Source of the DNA: an uncultured Clostridiaceae bacterium
GTDB taxonomy: Bacteria; Bacillota; Clostridia; TANB77; CAG-465
NCBI GenBank assembly: GCA_964593045.1
Contig: CAZQJQ010000002.1
Span: 704 to 57,461 of the forward strand
Length of the DNA stretch: 56,758 nucleotides
Direction: 5' to 3'
Made by a program: the position numbers and the translations under genes. Shown here piece by piece: positions 48,991 to 56,758 of this stretch. The notes beneath the pieces are model-generated. The model made no database searches. It saw only the letters and a list, made by a program, of their open reading frames with translations, and was not told where the DNA came from. Within the stretch, counting starts at the first letter, position 1, and each line of letters begins with the position of its first letter.

Positions 48991-50631
48991 TTAATTTAAC
49001 TTATCTCTAAGTGTTCTATGATATTTTATTACAAATCTATGAACTTCATCTTGAAGAAATGTTATAAAGTTAAAAAGTTTTTTGTCATCTTCTTCAAATC
49101 TTATTTTATTTCCATATATATCTATAAGTGCATCAGTTTTATGTTTATCATTTTTAATCATACCATACATATCAACAGTTTCTTTTGCCTCTTCTATAAC
49201 AGCTTTTTTAGCAGCATTTAGCTGATTAGTTCCACCATCTATAAATATTAGGTCTGGAAGTGGCCATTCATCTTTGTGTTTCATTCTTCTTGATAATACT
49301 TCATAAATACATAATGGATCATTTTGCTCTAATGTAGATTTTATTTTAAATTTTCTATACATTTTTTTATTCAATTTAGAATCTTCATATCTTATCATGC
49401 AACCGACAATATAATCATTTCTTAAATTAGATATATCATAACATTCTATAGAATTTATATCATATTGCAGTTTTAATTTTTCTCTCAAATCATGCATCAC
49501 ATTATTACTGCTCTCTTCTATGTTTATTCTTATGTTATTTTCAACCATTTCTATTAGTTTTAGTTTTTCACCTTTTTTAGGAACTAAAACTTCAACTTTT
49601 GACTTTTTTATATCTTTTAAATAATCTTTTAAAGAAGTAAGTAATTCCTCTTTTGCTAATTTAATATATATTTTTTTAGGAATATCTTCGTTTTTAAAAT
49701 TTATATAGTATTGTGAAATCACTTGCATTAAAATATCTTCTATTTCTTCTTTATCTACATCATCAATTTTTATATTATCGTTTAATACCACTTTATAATC
49801 ACGTATTTTAAATACTTGGATATGTAGTATATTTAAATAATATACATATCCAAAAACATCTGAATTTGTTTCATTTAAATTAGCAACATTTTGTTTTTTA
49901 CTTATATTTTCTATATCATCTAATCTTTTTTTTAAATTCCCTGCTTTTTCAAAATCTAACTTTTCTATGCACTTATCAATTTCTTGTATTATTTCATTTT
50001 CTATTTCTTTTGTTTTTCCTTGTAAAAACATAATAATTTGTTTTATCATACTTTGATATTGCTCTAAATTAACATCATTTTCACAAGGTCCTAAACATTT
50101 ACCTATATAATAATATAAACATGGCTTTATACTTTTATTTTTTTCCAAGTTATATTTACATCTTTTAAGTGGAAATATTTTTTTTATTAAAGCAAGAACC
50201 TCACGTATTGATGTAACATTTGTATATGGTCCAAAATACATTGAACCATCATCTTTTTTAGTACGAGTAATATATATAGTAGGATATTTTTCTTTTATAG
50301 TAATTTTTATATATGGATATGTTTTGTCATCTTTTAACATAACATTAAATTTAGGACTAAATTCTTTAATGTAGTTACACTCAAGTACTAAAGCTTCTAC
50401 TTCATTTTTCGTAACTATATATGTTATATTATGTACTAATGATACCATTTTTTCAATTCTTTTTGATTTAACATTTTTTTGAAAGTATTGTCTTACCCTT
50501 TTTCTTAAAGAGATTGCTTTACCTACATATATTATATTGTCATTTTCATCTCTCATTTGATATATTCCAGGTTCAAATGGTATTTTAGAAATAATTTTTT
50601 TTAATTTTTCAATTCTTTTTAAATTATCCAT
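48991..50631 (-). CDS. uvrC: excinuclease ABC subunit C, lacking the C-terminal (HhH)2 domain
   Basis: 546 aa. GIY-YIG (GIYQMRDENDNIIYVGKA ... RVRQY), UVR domain (FEKAGNLKKRLDDIENI), RNase H-like endonuclease domain (LIFIDGGTNQL ... KNDKHKT ... LQDEVHRFVIKYHRTLRDK), then a stop where homologs continue with ~55 aa of helix-hairpin-helix. Confidence 0.88.
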   Translation of the reverse strand: MDNLKRIEKLKKIISKIPFEPGIYQMRDENDNIIYVGKAISLRKRVRQYFQKNVKSKRIEKMVSLVHNITYIVTKNEVEALVLECNYIKEFSPKFNVMLKDDKTYPYIKITIKEKYPTIYITRTKKDDGSMYFGPYTNVTSIREVLALIKKIFPLKRCKYNLEKNKSIKPCLYYYIGKCLGPCENDVNLEQYQSMIKQIIMFLQGKTKEIENEIIQEIDKCIEKLDFEKAGNLKKRLDDIENISKKQNVANLNETNSDVFGYVYYLNILHIQVFKIRDYKVVLNDNIKIDDVDKEEIEDILMQVISQYYINFKNEDIPKKIYIKLAKEELLTSLKDYLKDIKKSKVEVLVPKKGEKLKLIEMVENNIRINIEESSNNVMHDLREKLKLQYDINSIECYDISNLRNDYIVGCMIRYEDSKLNKKMYRKFKIKSTLEQNDPLCIYEVLSRRMKHKDEWPLPDLIFIDGGTNQLNAAKKAVIEEAKETVDMYGMIKNDKHKTDALIDIYGNKIRFEEDDKKLFNFITFLQDEVHRFVIKYHRTLRDKLN

Positions 50632-50653
50632 TCTTTTTCTCCATTATATAGCC

Positions 50654-50685
50654 AAAAAGAGGGCATAACCCTCTTTTTGTTTTTT
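50654..50685. terminator. bidirectional intrinsic terminator
   Basis: aaaaagaggg-cataa-ccctcttttt. Lies between spoVG and uvrC. Confidence 0.65.
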
Positions 50686-50690
50686 ACAAA

Positions 50691-50981
50691 TTAATCTTCT
50701 TTGCTTTCTTCCTTGCTATCAACTTGATCATCTGTCTCATTGTATTTAGCAATTATAGCATTTTGGATTGCTTCTCTTGTTTCAGTGTTTATTGGATGAG
50801 CTATATCTTTAAATTCACCATTTGGAGTTTTTCTGCTAGGCATAGCTATAAATAAACCTTTATCACTTTCGATAACTTTTATATCGTGTATTACGAACAC
50901 TTCATCAAAAGTTACAGAAGCAATAGCTTTCATTCTGTTTTGAGAAGCCACTTTTCTAACTCTTACGTCTGTTATTTGCAT
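50691..50981 (-). CDS. spoVG: septation protein SpoVG
   Basis: I place the start at ATG 50981 ([11 protein letters not shown]...). [46 protein letters not shown] is near-invariant SpoVG sequence. Confidence 0.92.
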   Translation of the reverse strand: MQITDVRVRKVASQNRMKAIASVTFDEVFVIHDIKVIESDKGLFIAMPSRKTPNGEFKDIAHPINTETREAIQNAIIAKYNETDDQVDSKEESKED

Positions 50982-51183
50982 GTTTAACACCGCCTTCCCC
51001 TACTGTATGTCTATATTATACACTAAGCTTTAAATATGTCAATACTTTATTTACAAATTATTTATTTTTTTTGCATTTTATTTTCTTTACATATTTTTAT
51101 GTTTATTTAAATGCCTAAAGTCTATATATTAAGTTAATAAAATCATTCTATATTTACATCATTTTATTTTTTTATTGTTTTAA

Positions 51184-52620
51184 TTAATATTGTCTTGCCG
51201 TATATACCATATGTTTTGCAGGTTTACCACATATAGCACATGTATCTGATATATGTTCTTCTTTAAATGGTATACATCTTATAGTTGATGTAGTCAGTTC
51301 TTTTATTTTATCTTCACATTCTCTACAACCACACCACATAATTTTAACATATCCTTGTTTTTGAGTAAATATATCTTCATATTCTTTTAAATCTTTTGCT
51401 ATATATGTGTGTTCTTCAACGTTTTCTTGTGCCATTTTATACATGTTTTTTTGTATTTCATCAAGTAATTGTAATACTTTATTTTCTAGTTCATCTAAAC
51501 TTACTTCCTGCTTTTCAAAAGTATCTCTTCTAAATAATATGCAATTGTTATTTTCAATATCTTTTGGGCCTATCTCTACTCTTAGTGGTACTCCCTTTAA
51601 CTCCCAGTTGTTAAATTTGTATCCAGGAGAATTATTTTCGTTTATATCCGCTTCTACTCTACACATTTTAGATAATCTAATTTTTAGTTCCTCTACTTTT
51701 TGTAATACCCCTTGTTTATGCTGAGCTATAGGGACAATAATTACTTGTATTGGAGCAATCTTTGGTGGAAGTTTAAGTCCTCTATCATCACCATGTGTCA
51801 TTATAATACCACCGATAAGTCTTGTAGACATTCCCCATGAAGTTTGATATGCATATTCTTCCTTTCCTTCTTTATTTTGGAATTTTATATCAAAAGCCTT
51901 TGCAAAATTATTACCAAAATAGTGTGAAGTTGCTGATTGAAGTGCTTTACCATCATGCATTAATGCTTCAATTGTATATGTTTCTTCCGCACCAGCAAAT
52001 TTTTCTTTTTCAGATTTTCTACCCATTATAACAGGCATAGCTAAATATTCATTACAAAATGTTGCATAAATTTGATGCATTTTTAATGTTTCTTCTTTTG
52101 CTTCTTCAGGTGTCGCATGTAATGTATGCCCTTCTTGCCATAAGAATTCAGATGTCCTTAAAAATGGTCTTGTTGTTTTTTCCCATCTAACTACATTTAC
52201 CCATTGATTTATTAAAAGAGGCAAATCTCTATGTGATTTTATCCATTTTGAATACATTGTACATATCATAGTTTCTGATGTTGGTCTTATACATAATCTT
52301 TCAGGAAGTTCGTTATTACCACCATGAGTTACCCATGCAACTTCTGGAGCAAATCCTTCAACATGTTCTTTCTCTTTATTTAACATTGATTCTGGTATAA
52401 GCATAGGAAAATAGGCATTTTTATGTCCTGTTTCTTTGATCTTTGCATCCATTATTTTTTGTATATTTTCCCATATAGCATAACCATATGGCCTTATTAC
52501 CATAAAACCTTTCATAGGTGCGTAATCCACTAATTCTGCTTTTAATATTATATCTGTATACCATTTTGCAAAATCTTCATCCATTTTTGTTAATTCTTTT
52601 ACAAACTCTTTATTATCCAT
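51184..52620 (-). CDS. proS: proline--tRNA ligase (archaeal/eukaryote-like type with C-terminal Zn-binding domain)
   Basis: 478 aa. No bacterial-type INS editing insertion. Class II motifs (FRTSEFLWQEGHT, TSWGMSTR). C-terminal ...CIPF...C..CGKPA. Confidence 0.92.
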   Translation of the reverse strand: MDNKEFVKELTKMDEDFAKWYTDIILKAELVDYAPMKGFMVIRPYGYAIWENIQKIMDAKIKETGHKNAYFPMLIPESMLNKEKEHVEGFAPEVAWVTHGGNNELPERLCIRPTSETMICTMYSKWIKSHRDLPLLINQWVNVVRWEKTTRPFLRTSEFLWQEGHTLHATPEEAKEETLKMHQIYATFCNEYLAMPVIMGRKSEKEKFAGAEETYTIEALMHDGKALQSATSHYFGNNFAKAFDIKFQNKEGKEEYAYQTSWGMSTRLIGGIIMTHGDDRGLKLPPKIAPIQVIIVPIAQHKQGVLQKVEELKIRLSKMCRVEADINENNSPGYKFNNWELKGVPLRVEIGPKDIENNNCILFRRDTFEKQEVSLDELENKVLQLLDEIQKNMYKMAQENVEEHTYIAKDLKEYEDIFTQKQGYVKIMWCGCRECEDKIKELTTSTIRCIPFKEEHISDTCAICGKPAKHMVYTARQY

Positions 52621-52637
52621 ATTTATTCTTCTCCTCT

Positions 52638-53609
52638 TTACTCAAAACTTATATTTCCTATTTTACCATTTTTTAAGTCATCTAGCAATAGATTTGACAC
52701 TTTATATGTATCAATTTCTCCACCTTTTATTAATGCACCTCTTTTTTGTCCTATTTTCTCAATTATTTTCATTTCTAAAGCATATTTATTATACTCAAGT
52801 TCAGCATTATCTATTTCATTTTTTATACTATCAATATTTTCTATACCATATTTACTACACAACATATTTTTATATTTATCTTTTGAAAGTATTATTTTTA
52901 AACCTTCCACAGCAAGTTCTTCTACATCCAATATATCTTGCTTTATATTTCCTGTAAGAGCGAGCTTAATTCCTGCATCTTTATCATCTAAGTTTGGCCA
53001 TAAAAGTCCTGGTGTATCCATAAGTTCAATATTATCAGAAAGTCTTATCCATTGCTTTTTTCTTGTAACTCCAGGTTTATTTCCAACATTTGCTGAATTT
53101 TTATTTGATAGTTTATTTATAACAGTAGATTTTCCAACATTTGGTATGCCTATTATAACAGCTCTATAAATAGGTTGTATATGAATTTTTGAATTATTCA
53201 CTTTAGATTCATATATTTTTTTACCTATTTTTTTTATACTCTCTAATAATTTAGGAATATTCTCACCTGTTGAAGCATTAGTACAAATAACAGTAATATT
53301 CTGATTTTTAAAATATTCAATCCACTTTTTAAGATTTTCTTCATCTGCTAAATCAAATTTATTTAACACAACTATTCTCTCTTTTCCAACTGCAATTTTT
53401 TCTACAAATGGATTCCTACTTGAATTTGGCAATCTTGCATCAAGTACTTCTATTACTATATCTATTAACTTTATAACAGACTCAATTTCTTTTTTTGCAG
53501 TAACCATATGACCTGGATACCAGTTGATGTTTACTTTGTTAGTATTTTCAGTATTATTTTCCTCTGTTTTATTCTTCTTTCTTTGTTCTCGTTTTTGATA
53601 CATATCCAT
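52638..53609 (-). CDS. rbgA: ribosome biogenesis GTPase A (YlqF)
   Basis: 323 aa. INWYPGHM; circularly permuted G motifs NKFDL (G4), GIPNVGKST (G1), DTPG (G3). Its SD and first ~30 codons appear to be supplied by the adjacent cassette (see findings). Confidence 0.9.
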   Translation of the reverse strand: MDMYQKREQRKKNKTEENNTENTNKVNINWYPGHMVTAKKEIESVIKLIDIVIEVLDARLPNSSRNPFVEKIAVGKERIVVLNKFDLADEENLKKWIEYFKNQNITVICTNASTGENIPKLLESIKKIGKKIYESKVNNSKIHIQPIYRAVIIGIPNVGKSTVINKLSNKNSANVGNKPGVTRKKQWIRLSDNIELMDTPGLLWPNLDDKDAGIKLALTGNIKQDILDVEELAVEGLKIILSKDKYKNMLCSKYGIENIDSIKNEIDNAELEYNKYALEMKIIEKIGQKRGALIKGGEIDTYKVSNLLLDDLKNGKIGNISFE

Positions 53610-53625
53610 TATTTATCACTTCCTT
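53517..53625. repeat. copy A of the rbgA 5' module (SD, start codon, first ~30 codons, ending at core ATACCAGTT)
   Basis: Homologous to 55070-55175. Identical 9-mer ATACCAGTT (53517-53525 = 55070-55078). Identical 18-mer tttttgatacatatccat (53592-53609 = 55142-55159). Similar SD region. Indels in between. Confidence 0.8.
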
Positions 53626-53924
53626 TTATTTCTTAATCTATCTATCATTTTTAGTATAAAAATGATAATTCCATATATAAGCCAAATTACTATGTCTATC
53701 AATATACTATAGAATATAATTACAATACCTAATATTTTTGAACCAAAAAACACCCCTAATTCTGCCATTCCAGAAAAATCTGTTCCATCAACATATATAT
53801 TATTTGTATTGCTATTATTTACTAACTCATTTGATACATTTATCCCTGATATTATTCCTAAAATTAAGATAATAATAGAAATAAGTATCAATATTTTTTT
53901 TACAACCTTTTTATTAATCTTCAT
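53616..53924 (-). CDS. small 3-TM membrane protein (hypothetical)
   Basis: 102 aa. TM segments around residues 11-27, 56-76 and 77-92. Its start overlaps the RhuM-family gene end by 11 nt, and its stop lies inside the rbgA SD region. Confidence 0.55.
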   Translation of the reverse strand: MKINKKVVKKILILISIIILILGIISGINVSNELVNNSNTNNIYVDGTDFSGMAELGVFFGSKILGIVIIFYSILIDIVIWLIYGIIIFILKMIDRLRNKRK

Positions 53925-54918
53925 ATTTATTTTCTCCTAAATATTTTTTGTAAAATTCATCCATTGAAGAAATATATTTTTGATCTTGTATAATTCTAAA
54001 TTTTTCATATTCTTTTTCTGCTTTTTCTACTGCTTCTTTATGAGATATACTGCCACTATTATTTAATACTTCTTTTCTTCTAAATTTTAATAAATCATCA
54101 GTTGCATTTATCCAATCCTTCATTGTCATAACATGTCTTTGTTTTGCTTCATCTTCAGCAAATACTAAAAACATATTTGTTAAATCTTTTAAATTATTCA
54201 TTTCTTCTTCGTTTAAATAATTTTTTGCAATAATCACATCATATTTATATATTAAACCATCAGGAGAATTTTTCCAATTAGTTAGTCCCATATGTTCTTT
54301 ATCTGAGTTTGCTCTACTATATATTAATTCGGCTGCAGTATGTCCGCTTATAGCATAATGCAACTTATTTTGAACAATTTTAAAGAAAGCATACGCTTCT
54401 TCTGACTTCGGATTGTAATCAGTTGCTGTAGCAATAAATAAATCAGTGATTTTTTGGTATGCCATTCTCTCGCTAACTCTAATTGTTTTGATACGTTCTA
54501 ATAATTCATCAAAATATTTCGTATCATATTTATTTCCATTTATAAAACGTTCATCATTTAATGCAAAACCCTTTGTCATATATTCTTTTAATATTTTTGT
54601 AGCCCATATTCTAAATTCTGTTGCTTTTTTCGAATTAACTCTATAACCCACGGCAATTATGGCATCTAAACTATAAATAGTTGTATTATAGTTTTTCCCG
54701 TCATCGGCAGTTAACGAGCATTTCTCGGTAACTGATTTTTTCTCTAACTCTTTGTCTTCAAATATATGTTTCAAGTGTAAACTTATATTATCTGTAGAAC
54801 ATTCAAAAACTTTTGACATTCCTTTTTGTGATAACCATAAAGTTTCATCTTTATAAATAGCATCTACTATAATATTTCCTTCACTATTTTTATATATAAT
54901 TAATTTATTATCTTCCAT
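53914..54918 (-). CDS. RhuM-family protein (virulence-protein-RhuM-like, function unknown)
   Basis: I place the start at ATG 54918 (MEDNKLIIYKN...) with AAAGGAGAG SD. ETLWLSQKGMSKVF...ISLHLKHIFEDKEL ... YSLDAIIAVGYRVNSKKATEFRIWATKILKEYMTKGF matches the RhuM-family core as I remember it. Confidence 0.75.
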   Translation of the reverse strand: MEDNKLIIYKNSEGNIIVDAIYKDETLWLSQKGMSKVFECSTDNISLHLKHIFEDKELEKKSVTEKCSLTADDGKNYNTTIYSLDAIIAVGYRVNSKKATEFRIWATKILKEYMTKGFALNDERFINGNKYDTKYFDELLERIKTIRVSERMAYQKITDLFIATATDYNPKSEEAYAFFKIVQNKLHYAISGHTAAELIYSRANSDKEHMGLTNWKNSPDGLIYKYDVIIAKNYLNEEEMNNLKDLTNMFLVFAEDEAKQRHVMTMKDWINATDDLLKFRRKEVLNNSGSISHKEAVEKAEKEYEKFRIIQDQKYISSMDEFYKKYLGENKYED

Positions 54919-55033
54919 CAATACTCTCCTTTCCTTTAGTTTTTCATAAGTCATACACTTATCAATTTAAATTAAAATTTTATTAAAAAATGTTCCAAAA
55001 TGTAAAAAGCATTTAGTAAAAATTCTTTTATTT

Positions 55034-55159
55034 TCAAGGATTTAATAGTGTTTTTTCATAACTCCCCACATACCAGTTTATCGACACGGATGTACAACTT
55101 TTATTTTTACCTTCTTCTTTATCTTTTTTTCTTTGCTCTCTTTTTTGATACATATCCAT
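55034..55159 (-). pseudogene. displaced 5' fragment of rbgA
   Basis: MDMYQKREQRKKDKEEGKNKSCTSVSINWY, then unrelated VGSYEKTLLNP and a stop. The first 12 residues are identical to intact RbgA, homology ends exactly after N-W-Y, and it has its own AGAAGGAG SD. Confidence 0.75.
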
Positions 55160-55175
55160 AATTAATCACTCCTTC
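55070..55175. repeat. copy B of the rbgA 5' module
   Basis: See copy A. The sequence on the low-coordinate side of the 9-mer core is unrelated between the two copies. Confidence 0.8.
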
Positions 55176-55209
55176 TCTAATTATTTGAATCTTTTATTAT
55201 TATAACATA

Positions 55210-56433
55210 CTATATTTCTGTTTTAAATTTTGTTTCTATATCTCCATTTTCATAAATATAAATCACATCAACTAGTTCATTTAAAATATTCCTACTTAAG
55301 GTGAAACTATTATTATATTTTTTATTAATTTCATTTAATACTAATTCTTGGAGTTTGTTTTTATTAATTGAATGTTTAGTACAATTTTTATTTCTATTAT
55401 AGTTACTGCAATAATAATATATTTTATCTTTGCTTTTCTTAATTACAAATGAACTATCACAATCAGGACATTTCAAAAATCCAGAAAATAAATCAATTTC
55501 ATTATTTTTATTTATTTTACCAGTTTTTTTAATTATTTCTTGTACCTGTTGAAATTGTTCTTTGCTAATTAATGCTTCATGATGATTAGGAGTTATTATC
55601 CAGTCTTCTTTATCAACATCAATTAATTTATTACTTCTATAATTTAATTTTCTTTTTACTCCTTGAACTAAATCACCTGTATAAGTTTGATTATTTAATA
55701 TCCTGTTAATCATTTCTGAATTCCATTTATACATCGAATCAATTATTTTATTATTTGCAAGAGATTCTTGAACTTTATAAACAGCAGGTGGTAATTCTTT
55801 TTTATTATTTAATTTTTCTGCTACTTCTTTTTTACTTTTTCCCAATAGAATCATTTTAAATATCTTTTTTACTACTCTTGAAGCAGCTATATCAATAATA
55901 AACTTATGCTTATCATTAGGATCTTTTAAATACCCATACGGTGCTGAAACTCCAATAAATTGTCCATTTAGTTTTTTAGTTTTTAATGCTGACCTTACTT
56001 TCCTAGAAATATCTTTTGAATAAAAATCATTAGTAACATTTTTAAGTTGAATTGTATCTTCCATATAATATGAACTGTTTTCACTATCAATATTATCATT
56101 TATTGATATAGATCTAACTTTTAATATCGGAAAGATATCTTCAATATAATTTCCGACTGATATATAATTCCTTCCAAATCTAGATAAATCTTTAACGATT
56201 ATCGTATTTATTTTTTTATCTTTTATATCACTTAGTAATTTTTTAAATCCAGGCCTATTAAAATTAGTTCCAGTGTAACCATCATCTATATAATAATCTA
56301 TTAATTTAAAATCAGTTTTTGTTTTGATATAAAATTTTATTATATTTTTTTGATTAACAATACTATTTGATTCTTCAATACTATTTTCATCTTTTGATAA
56401 ACGCAGATATGCGGCTACTTTATAAATGAACAA
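55210..56433 (-). CDS. large serine recombinase (resolvase/invertase N-domain, recombinase domain, zinc ribbon)
   Basis: 407 aa. VAAYLRLSKDE (catalytic Ser context), DDGYTGTNFNRPGF, IIVKDLSRFGRN, C-terminal CPDCDSSF...YYYCSNY...C zinc-ribbon-like motif. Confidence 0.85.
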   Translation of the reverse strand: MFIYKVAAYLRLSKDENSIEESNSIVNQKNIIKFYIKTKTDFKLIDYYIDDGYTGTNFNRPGFKKLLSDIKDKKINTIIVKDLSRFGRNYISVGNYIEDIFPILKVRSISINDNIDSENSSYYMEDTIQLKNVTNDFYSKDISRKVRSALKTKKLNGQFIGVSAPYGYLKDPNDKHKFIIDIAASRVVKKIFKMILLGKSKKEVAEKLNNKKELPPAVYKVQESLANNKIIDSMYKWNSEMINRILNNQTYTGDLVQGVKRKLNYRSNKLIDVDKEDWIITPNHHEALISKEQFQQVQEIIKKTGKINKNNEIDLFSGFLKCPDCDSSFVIKKSKDKIYYYCSNYNRNKNCTKHSINKNKLQELVLNEINKKYNNSFTLSRNILNELVDVIYIYENGDIETKFKTEI

Positions 56434-56446
56434 ACAATCACTTCTT

Positions 56447-56758
56447 TTATATTATTAAAGCAATTTTATAACTCAATCTAAACTTATATTTTATTTTTTT
56501 TTGAAATTTTTTTATTATAAAATTTAAATAAATATCTTGATTCCTATTCAAAATTTCATATTCATCAGCACTCAATACATTATAAAATCCATAATGTATA
56601 TTATCCCTACATTTTCTATTAATTACATAAAATTTTTCATTTATTTCTTTTGGTAATTCTTTAAATATATTTTCTAAAAATAAAATATTATTATTTTTTT
56701 TATCATTCCATAACAATTCAATTACAGTGGCCTTTGCTTTTGATAAAAATTTATTAAA
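56447..56758 (-). CDS. hypothetical protein, 5'-partial (ORF open to the window end)
   Basis: The frame has no stop from 56758 down to 56447; the track starts it at a TTG. It ends 13 nt before the recombinase ATG. No recognised family. Confidence 0.4.
   Translation of the reverse strand, partial: FNKFLSKAKATVIELLWNDKKNNNILFLENIFKELPKEINEKFYVINRKCRDNIHYGFYNVLSADEYEILNRNQDIYLNFIIKKFQKKIKYKFRLSYKIALII

Larger units (their letters stand above)
53526..55078 (-). mobile_element. 1.55-kb recombinase-less integrated cassette (CIME-like) between two copies of the rbgA att core
   Basis: Bounded by the direct 9-mer ATACCAGTT. Contains a surrogate rbgA 5' end, a 3-TM mini-protein gene and a RhuM-family gene. 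No integrase or recombinase lies inside it. Confidence 0.55.
55070..56758 (-). mobile_element. end of a larger integrated element carrying a large serine recombinase (continues beyond the window)
   Basis: The recombinase gene ends 50 nt upstream of the displaced rbgA 5' module and att core. The upstream ORF is still open at the window edge. Confidence 0.55.

Noticed and set aside
54919-54954. Longer start for the RhuM-family gene (track start MTYEKLKERRVLMEDNK...).
   Set aside because: The upstream residues are a translation of the AAAGGAGAG Shine-Dalgarno. The ATG at 54918 has correct SD spacing.
53517-55175. Considered that the rbgA 5' duplication is a transposon-style target-site duplication or a simple local tandem duplication.
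   Set aside because: The copies are ~105 nt long and differ by several indels and substitutions, while the flanks on one side are completely unrelated. A target-site duplication would be short and identical, and a tandem duplication would keep homology on both sides.
1-56758. Looked for CRISPR arrays, tRNA/rRNA/tmRNA genes, reverse transcriptases (retron, DGR, group II intron) and classic defence enzymes (restriction-modification, Cas, helicase-nuclease giants).
   Set aside because: No regularly spaced direct repeats, no cloverleaf-like GC-rich segments and no ORFs with such signatures were seen. The only repeats are the 21-nt coding tandem, the 10-mer pair and the rbgA 5' module duplication reported above. 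This was a visual scan only, with no covariance-model search.

Overview
Very AT-rich chromosomal segment from a spore-forming low-GC Firmicute, Clostridia-like on gene content (spoIIR, spoVG, YtvI-like transporter, DUF421/DUF4363 pair, gatCAB, a three-subunit [FeFe]-hydrogenase). About 50 kb (4.1-53.6 kb) is mostly housekeeping and almost entirely on the minus strand: dapA, mtaD-like deaminase, hydCBA, fba, asnB, gatCAB, lysS, greA, cdaA, glyQS, spoIIR, a split BcrA/HgdC-type activase trio, a TrmH-family methyltransferase, a PrsA-like foldase, mfd, ligA, pgsA, murD, uvrC, spoVG, proS and rbgA. Orphan genes are interspersed. Mobile DNA brackets this block. On the left (1-3.8 kb) lies the tail of a decayed conjugative element, with a hydrolase-like gene and a VirB4-type ATPase gene cut off next to an IS91-family rolling-circle transposase. 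On the right (53.5-56.8 kb) is an integration site inside the 5' end of rbgA. Two diverged copies of the rbgA ribosome-binding site plus its first ~30 codons flank a 1.55-kb cassette that has no recombinase. The cassette carries only a RhuM-family protein and an overlapping 3-TM mini-protein. A large serine recombinase follows immediately, and its element runs off the window. I read this as tandem accretion of two elements at one att core (ATACCAGTT, codons N-W-Y of the RbgA WYPGHM motif); it is the best candidate here for something undescribed. Other points worth a second look are a HydA whose H-cluster L1 motif reads TSCSSGW instead of TSCCPxW, a structured terminator-bearing leader of unresolved class upstream of dapA, a UvrC lacking the C-terminal (HhH)2 domain, a cdaA locus without recognisable cdaR/glmM, and a three-gene operon of small membrane proteins. 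I saw no rRNA, tRNA or CRISPR array. All homology calls come from remembered family signatures, not from searches.
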